Origin: Methanobacteriota archaeon
Lineage (GTDB): Archaea; Thermoplasmatota; E2; DHVEG-1
Assembly (NCBI GenBank): GCA_963769885.1
Contig: CAVYNH010000006.1
Coordinates: 544,001 to 608,000, forward strand
Reading direction: 5' to 3'
Length of the DNA: 64,000 bases
The notes under the pieces were generated by a model that saw only the letters and a list, made by a program, of their open reading frames with translations, searched no databases and was not told the DNA's origin. Position 1 is the first letter of the stretch. The number at the start of each line of letters is the position of its first letter. Both the position numbers and the translations under genes were made by a program. This document shows, one piece after another, positions 60,556 to 64,000 of this stretch.

Positions 60556-61227
60556 ATGACCTATCCCTACAAACTCATCATCTTTGACATGGACGGCACG
60601 CTGCTGCAAGACCATTTTATCTATGCTTACGCCGCCCAATGCGGCTTCCGCCCCCGGCTGATGGAGCTCATGACCCGCACTCGGGCCGAGCCGTACCAAA
60701 CCAGCCTTGACGTCGCCCGACTCCTCACCGGCCGGGACAGCAAGGAGATGCTCTCCGTCTTTGAGACAATCCCCACCCAGGCGCACCTCCTGCTTCTCCT
60801 CGATGCCATTTCCCACGCAGGCATGAAGACCGCGATCGTCAGCGCCAGCTACCACTTTATCATCGAACGTCTCCGAGCCAAACTTAATCTGACGTATGGC
60901 TTTTCCAACACCCTCATCCTCGACAACGACATCGCGACCGGCGAGCTGCAGATTCATAACCAAGAAAAGATCCCGTACCGCGGCCGAGTCTATTCCATCA
61001 ACAAGGGTGAAATCCTTGCCGATTTATGCCGCAGGATGAACATCCAGCCTGCGGAAGTCATCGCGATTGGCGACGGTCCAATTGATCGCAGCATGATCGA
61101 AGCCGCCGGCCTCGGTGTCGCCTACAACGCTAGACCCGAAGTACAACAAGTCGCAAGTCTCAGTACAACAGACTTGCGCGAGATAATTCCCTATATTTTG
61201 GGTCAAAAACAGGGTGGGACCGTCTAG
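60556..61227 (+). CDS. HAD-superfamily phosphatase (phosphoserine phosphatase-like)
   Basis: FDMDGTL, IVSAS, NKG, IGDGPID..M...GLGVAYNA. Confidence 0.88.
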   Translation: MTYPYKLIIFDMDGTLLQDHFIYAYAAQCGFRPRLMELMTRTRAEPYQTSLDVARLLTGRDSKEMLSVFETIPTQAHLLLLLDAISHAGMKTAIVSASYHFIIERLRAKLNLTYGFSNTLILDNDIATGELQIHNQEKIPYRGRVYSINKGEILADLCRRMNIQPAEVIAIGDGPIDRSMIEAAGLGVAYNARPEVQQVASLSTTDLREIIPYILGQKQGGTV

Positions 61228-61457
61228 TCTTCTTTATTCTTTCTCGCCAGGGATCGTGCATGCTGGCCGACGATAAACAACCGCGCGATAAACGTGATTT
61301 CATTCGCTTCCTCCTGACTTGAGGCCTGGCCGACGATCATCATCGACACCAAGGTTATCCTCAAGTATTAAAGCGTTTGTTGTACATCCCATACCAAGAT
61401 ATAAGTAAAGAAAAGAACCGAGAATGTAACTCTACCATCTTTGATATAAAAGAATGG

Positions 61458-64000
61458 CTACATCCATGAATCAAGTCCTTTCTGTTCGGTCGCCACCAAG
61501 TTCGAAAGCCCAAAGGCTCCTTGGATGTAGTTCTCAATCATTTTCTTGTACCACTCGAGGTCGATCTCACTGCGGTCCTTCAGCAAATCCACTGGATACA
61601 TGTAATCAATGGGCTTGACTCCGCTTTTCGATGGTTTCGGGATGCCGGGCAACGGTTTTTTTGTGACGACGAACCGCAATTTCATGCGCCCTCGAATTCG
61701 CTGTTTGAGAAGCTTCTCCAACGCCTCCGAGCGAACGCTGAACGCACTGCTTGAGCCGTTCTTCGTGGGCTTATATTGTCGCTCCGGCTGCACCGACTGA
61801 ATCAATGTCAGGTCATTGAGGTCGACTTTGCTGAGGTCTAGGCAGGCGATGGTCTCCTTCGTCGCTGACTTGATGCTGTTCTTGACTGCTGCGCGTGCCG
61901 TCTCCTCTTCGTCCCATTCGGGGTTCTCCAGCAGGACCCGGCGCATGATGTCCTCTAGGGCGATCCGTGCGATGTTCGCTTTGTCTGACCCCTTGAAATT
62001 GTTGCCCTTGGTCACCATCTCGACCTGGTTCTTGTACACATCAAAGATGAGGTAGTTCTTATGCTTCACGAAGATCATCGCGTCGTGGGTTTCGGCCTCT
62101 AACTCGAATTCCGGGTACTGCAGGAGACCTTGCCATTTCGTATTACAGTCTTTGATTGCCTGATACGCAGTCTGAGGTTTCGTAATCCATTTGCTTTCCT
62201 CAGGCTTCATGTCAAGGCCGAGGGCTGTGACGAACTCGGGGAGGTTACCTGCCGATTTCGAACAGCCAAGGTAGATGCCGTCAGTATCGCCGTAGACTAC
62301 CCGGATGCCCTGGGCATTGAGGGTGTGAAGGGTGTCGGCGAGGATCATCTGCCCACGGGTCGTGATCGCGGCAGCACCCCAGAGGTTGAACTGCCGGCCA
62401 CTGACCAACGGCGCGGCAAGGATCCCATGGGTCCCGGCGTTGCGTGCGCCTTTCATTGCTTGGTACATCATCTGGAGGCGGCTGAGGTCTGTGGTCTTGC
62501 CCTTGCTTTGGGCGGTTTTTAACTCGCGTTTGATGCCCTTAATCATGTTCATGATGCCAGTCATGGAGCGGTTGACGACGCCCGGGGCGCTGTCAATGCA
62601 GATGCCGATCATGACGCCGGTGTCCGCGTACGGGTCCTCGGGGCCGATGGGCCGCCAGAGGACGTCTGTGGTCTCCAGGAAGTTTTGGGGGATTTTTTTC
62701 AGCCAGACCCAGGCATCCGGCTTGTCGTCTCTCTTGGCGAGTTTGACGGTGTCGGCGCCGATGTTCATGGCTTTGAGGATGGTGGGGTACATGGCGCCGA
62801 CGTCGGCCACCACGACGTTGTACCAAGGGATAAAGTGGGATTTTGCCTCGGTGTCGGGTTTGAGAGTCATGCCGCCGGGCATATGGTAGTTGACCGATTC
62901 CTCGTCGTCATCAGAGGTGTGTTCCTTGTAGATGACGTGGGGGTATTGGACCCAGTCTGGCATCTCGTCGCCGTACTTGAGGACGCGGATGAAGTCTTTG
63001 CTGAGCTGGTCGCGTTTCTTGCGGGCTTCGCGGTCGATGTCTGTTTTGGTTCGGCATCCGGGGAGCTGGTGGACGAGGGTCTGGGCGATGGATTTGACGC
63101 GGCAGATGGGGGGCATGATTTTTTTGAGGTAGGCGCCGCGGAGCATCGCCATGTGGTCCCAGAGGTTGACAGCGCCGGCGGGCAGGACCATGTCGAAGGG
63201 CAGGCCGGTGGTGAAGGCCAACGGCAGACTTTGTTCGAGGAGGTTGATGGTGACGCCGAGTTGTTCTAGGATGTCGTGGCGGTTGTAGGCGAGCGTGCGG
63301 TCGTCGAGTTTGATTTCGTTGGGGGTGAGGTAGATGCGGTCTTTGATGGTGATGCCGAGGAAGGGGGCGAGGGCTTTGAGGCGGTAGTCGTCGAGGAAGG
63401 GGTAGAATTTGCGGGCGGCGACGTAGGTGTCGAAGCAGCTGGGGTAGAATTGGATGAGGTCGTTGCGCATGACGCCGTAGTGGAAGCTGCGGTCGGCGCG
63501 GCAGTGGGCGGTGGTGAAGGTGGTGAAGACTTGTTGTTCTTGTGTGGTGAGCTGGTCGGCGCAGTGTTGGAGGAGCCAGGTGATGCGGCCGTAGAGGTGG
63601 ACGTTGTCGAAGCTGAGGATGTTGTGGCCGGAGAGGATGTCGCAGGTTTGGAGTTGTGTGCAGAAGTCGTGGAGGTGGTGGATTTCTTCGTCGACCGTGG
63701 TGGCCATGGTCTGGGTGATGGGGATGTCGTTCCAGTATGGTGGGGGGGTCGGGATGTCGAACTGGAAGTCTTCGGCTTCGAGGTCGTGGTGGGAGGTGAT
63801 GGTGAGGGTGAAGGGGGCGTAGCCGATGATGTCGATGGGGACGTCGGTGCGTCCTTCTTGGTAGTTGATGGTTTCGATGTCGTAAACCATGATTTTGAGT
63901 GTTTTTTTCTGGGCGTGGGTGTCGAGGATCCAGGCTTTGTTTTGGGCGGCGAGGTCGAGGAGGGCGCGTTGTTGGTAGGGGATGTCGTGTTCGGCGGTGT
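61458..64000 (-). CDS. polB: family B DNA polymerase, divergent; 5' end lies beyond the window
   Basis: Frame is open to 64000 (EHDIPYQQR). ExoI YDIET, ExoII GHNILSFD, ExoIII YNRHD, motif A DVGAMYP, motif C YGDTDG, KHKNY, DLEWY. Confidence 0.9.
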   Translation of the reverse strand, partial: TAEHDIPYQQRALLDLAAQNKAWILDTHAQKKTLKIMVYDIETINYQEGRTDVPIDIIGYAPFTLTITSHHDLEAEDFQFDIPTPPPYWNDIPITQTMATTVDEEIHHLHDFCTQLQTCDILSGHNILSFDNVHLYGRITWLLQHCADQLTTQEQQVFTTFTTAHCRADRSFHYGVMRNDLIQFYPSCFDTYVAARKFYPFLDDYRLKALAPFLGITIKDRIYLTPNEIKLDDRTLAYNRHDILEQLGVTINLLEQSLPLAFTTGLPFDMVLPAGAVNLWDHMAMLRGAYLKKIMPPICRVKSIAQTLVHQLPGCRTKTDIDREARKKRDQLSKDFIRVLKYGDEMPDWVQYPHVIYKEHTSDDDEESVNYHMPGGMTLKPDTEAKSHFIPWYNVVVADVGAMYPTILKAMNIGADTVKLAKRDDKPDAWVWLKKIPQNFLETTDVLWRPIGPEDPYADTGVMIGICIDSAPGVVNRSMTGIMNMIKGIKRELKTAQSKGKTTDLSRLQMMYQAMKGARNAGTHGILAAPLVSGRQFNLWGAAAITTRGQMILADTLHTLNAQGIRVVYGDTDGIYLGCSKSAGNLPEFVTALGLDMKPEESKWITKPQTAYQAIKDCNTKWQGLLQYPEFELEAETHDAMIFVKHKNYLIFDVYKNQVEMVTKGNNFKGSDKANIARIALEDIMRRVLLENPEWDEEETARAAVKNSIKSATKETIACLDLSKVDLNDLTLIQSVQPERQYKPTKNGSSSAFSVRSEALEKLLKQRIRGRMKLRFVVTKKPLPGIPKPSKSGVKPIDYMYPVDLLKDRSEIDLEWYKKMIENYIQGAFGLSNLVATEQKGLDSWM

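Noticed and set aside
61458-64000. PolB as marker of a casposon or provirus
   Set aside because: No cas1, terminal repeats or viral genes nearby, no protein-primed features recognised, and neighbours are housekeeping genes; the upstream side is outside the window.

Overview
Archaeal chromosomal segment. Evidence: eS17, PriL, archaeal-type RibC/RibL, TATA-box promoters, a PGF-CTERM protein and tRNA-Ile2(CAU). Gene content (many secreted PKD/FG-GAP/NosD/S8 proteins, amino-acid catabolism) suggests a peptide-fermenting Thermoplasmatota, probably MBG-D/DHVEG-1-like; this placement is inference. Housekeeping blocks are truD, mvk-ubiD-lpdD-like, glyS, pgi/pmi, trm11, rnz, pfk, a P-type ATPase, rps17e-ribB-ribL-ribC-ribH, priL-tmk and polB. 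They alternate with a cluster of secreted proteins (about 27-58 kb) and an AT-richer accessory region next to tRNA-Ile2. Main observations: (1) a solo Cas4-like nuclease split into two overlapping genes, each with its own transmembrane anchor; (2) a shared ~100-aa C-terminal domain on five secreted proteins, plus a second amphipathic C-terminal tag; (3) three genes of the rps17e-rib operon that appear to start at non-canonical codons (CTG, ATT/ATC, ACG), one of them missed by the ORF track; (4) degenerate copies of the tRNA-Ile2 3' end that cut the adjacent DNA into integrase-free cassettes, one carrying an unknown-protein/hom/AOR/aminotransferase operon; (5) a family-B polymerase with an altered motif B; (6) an AC-rich/GT-rich strand skew that flips every few kb regardless of gene orientation. 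No CRISPR array, rRNA, transposase or integrase was seen. All calls come from reading motifs; no database searches were run.
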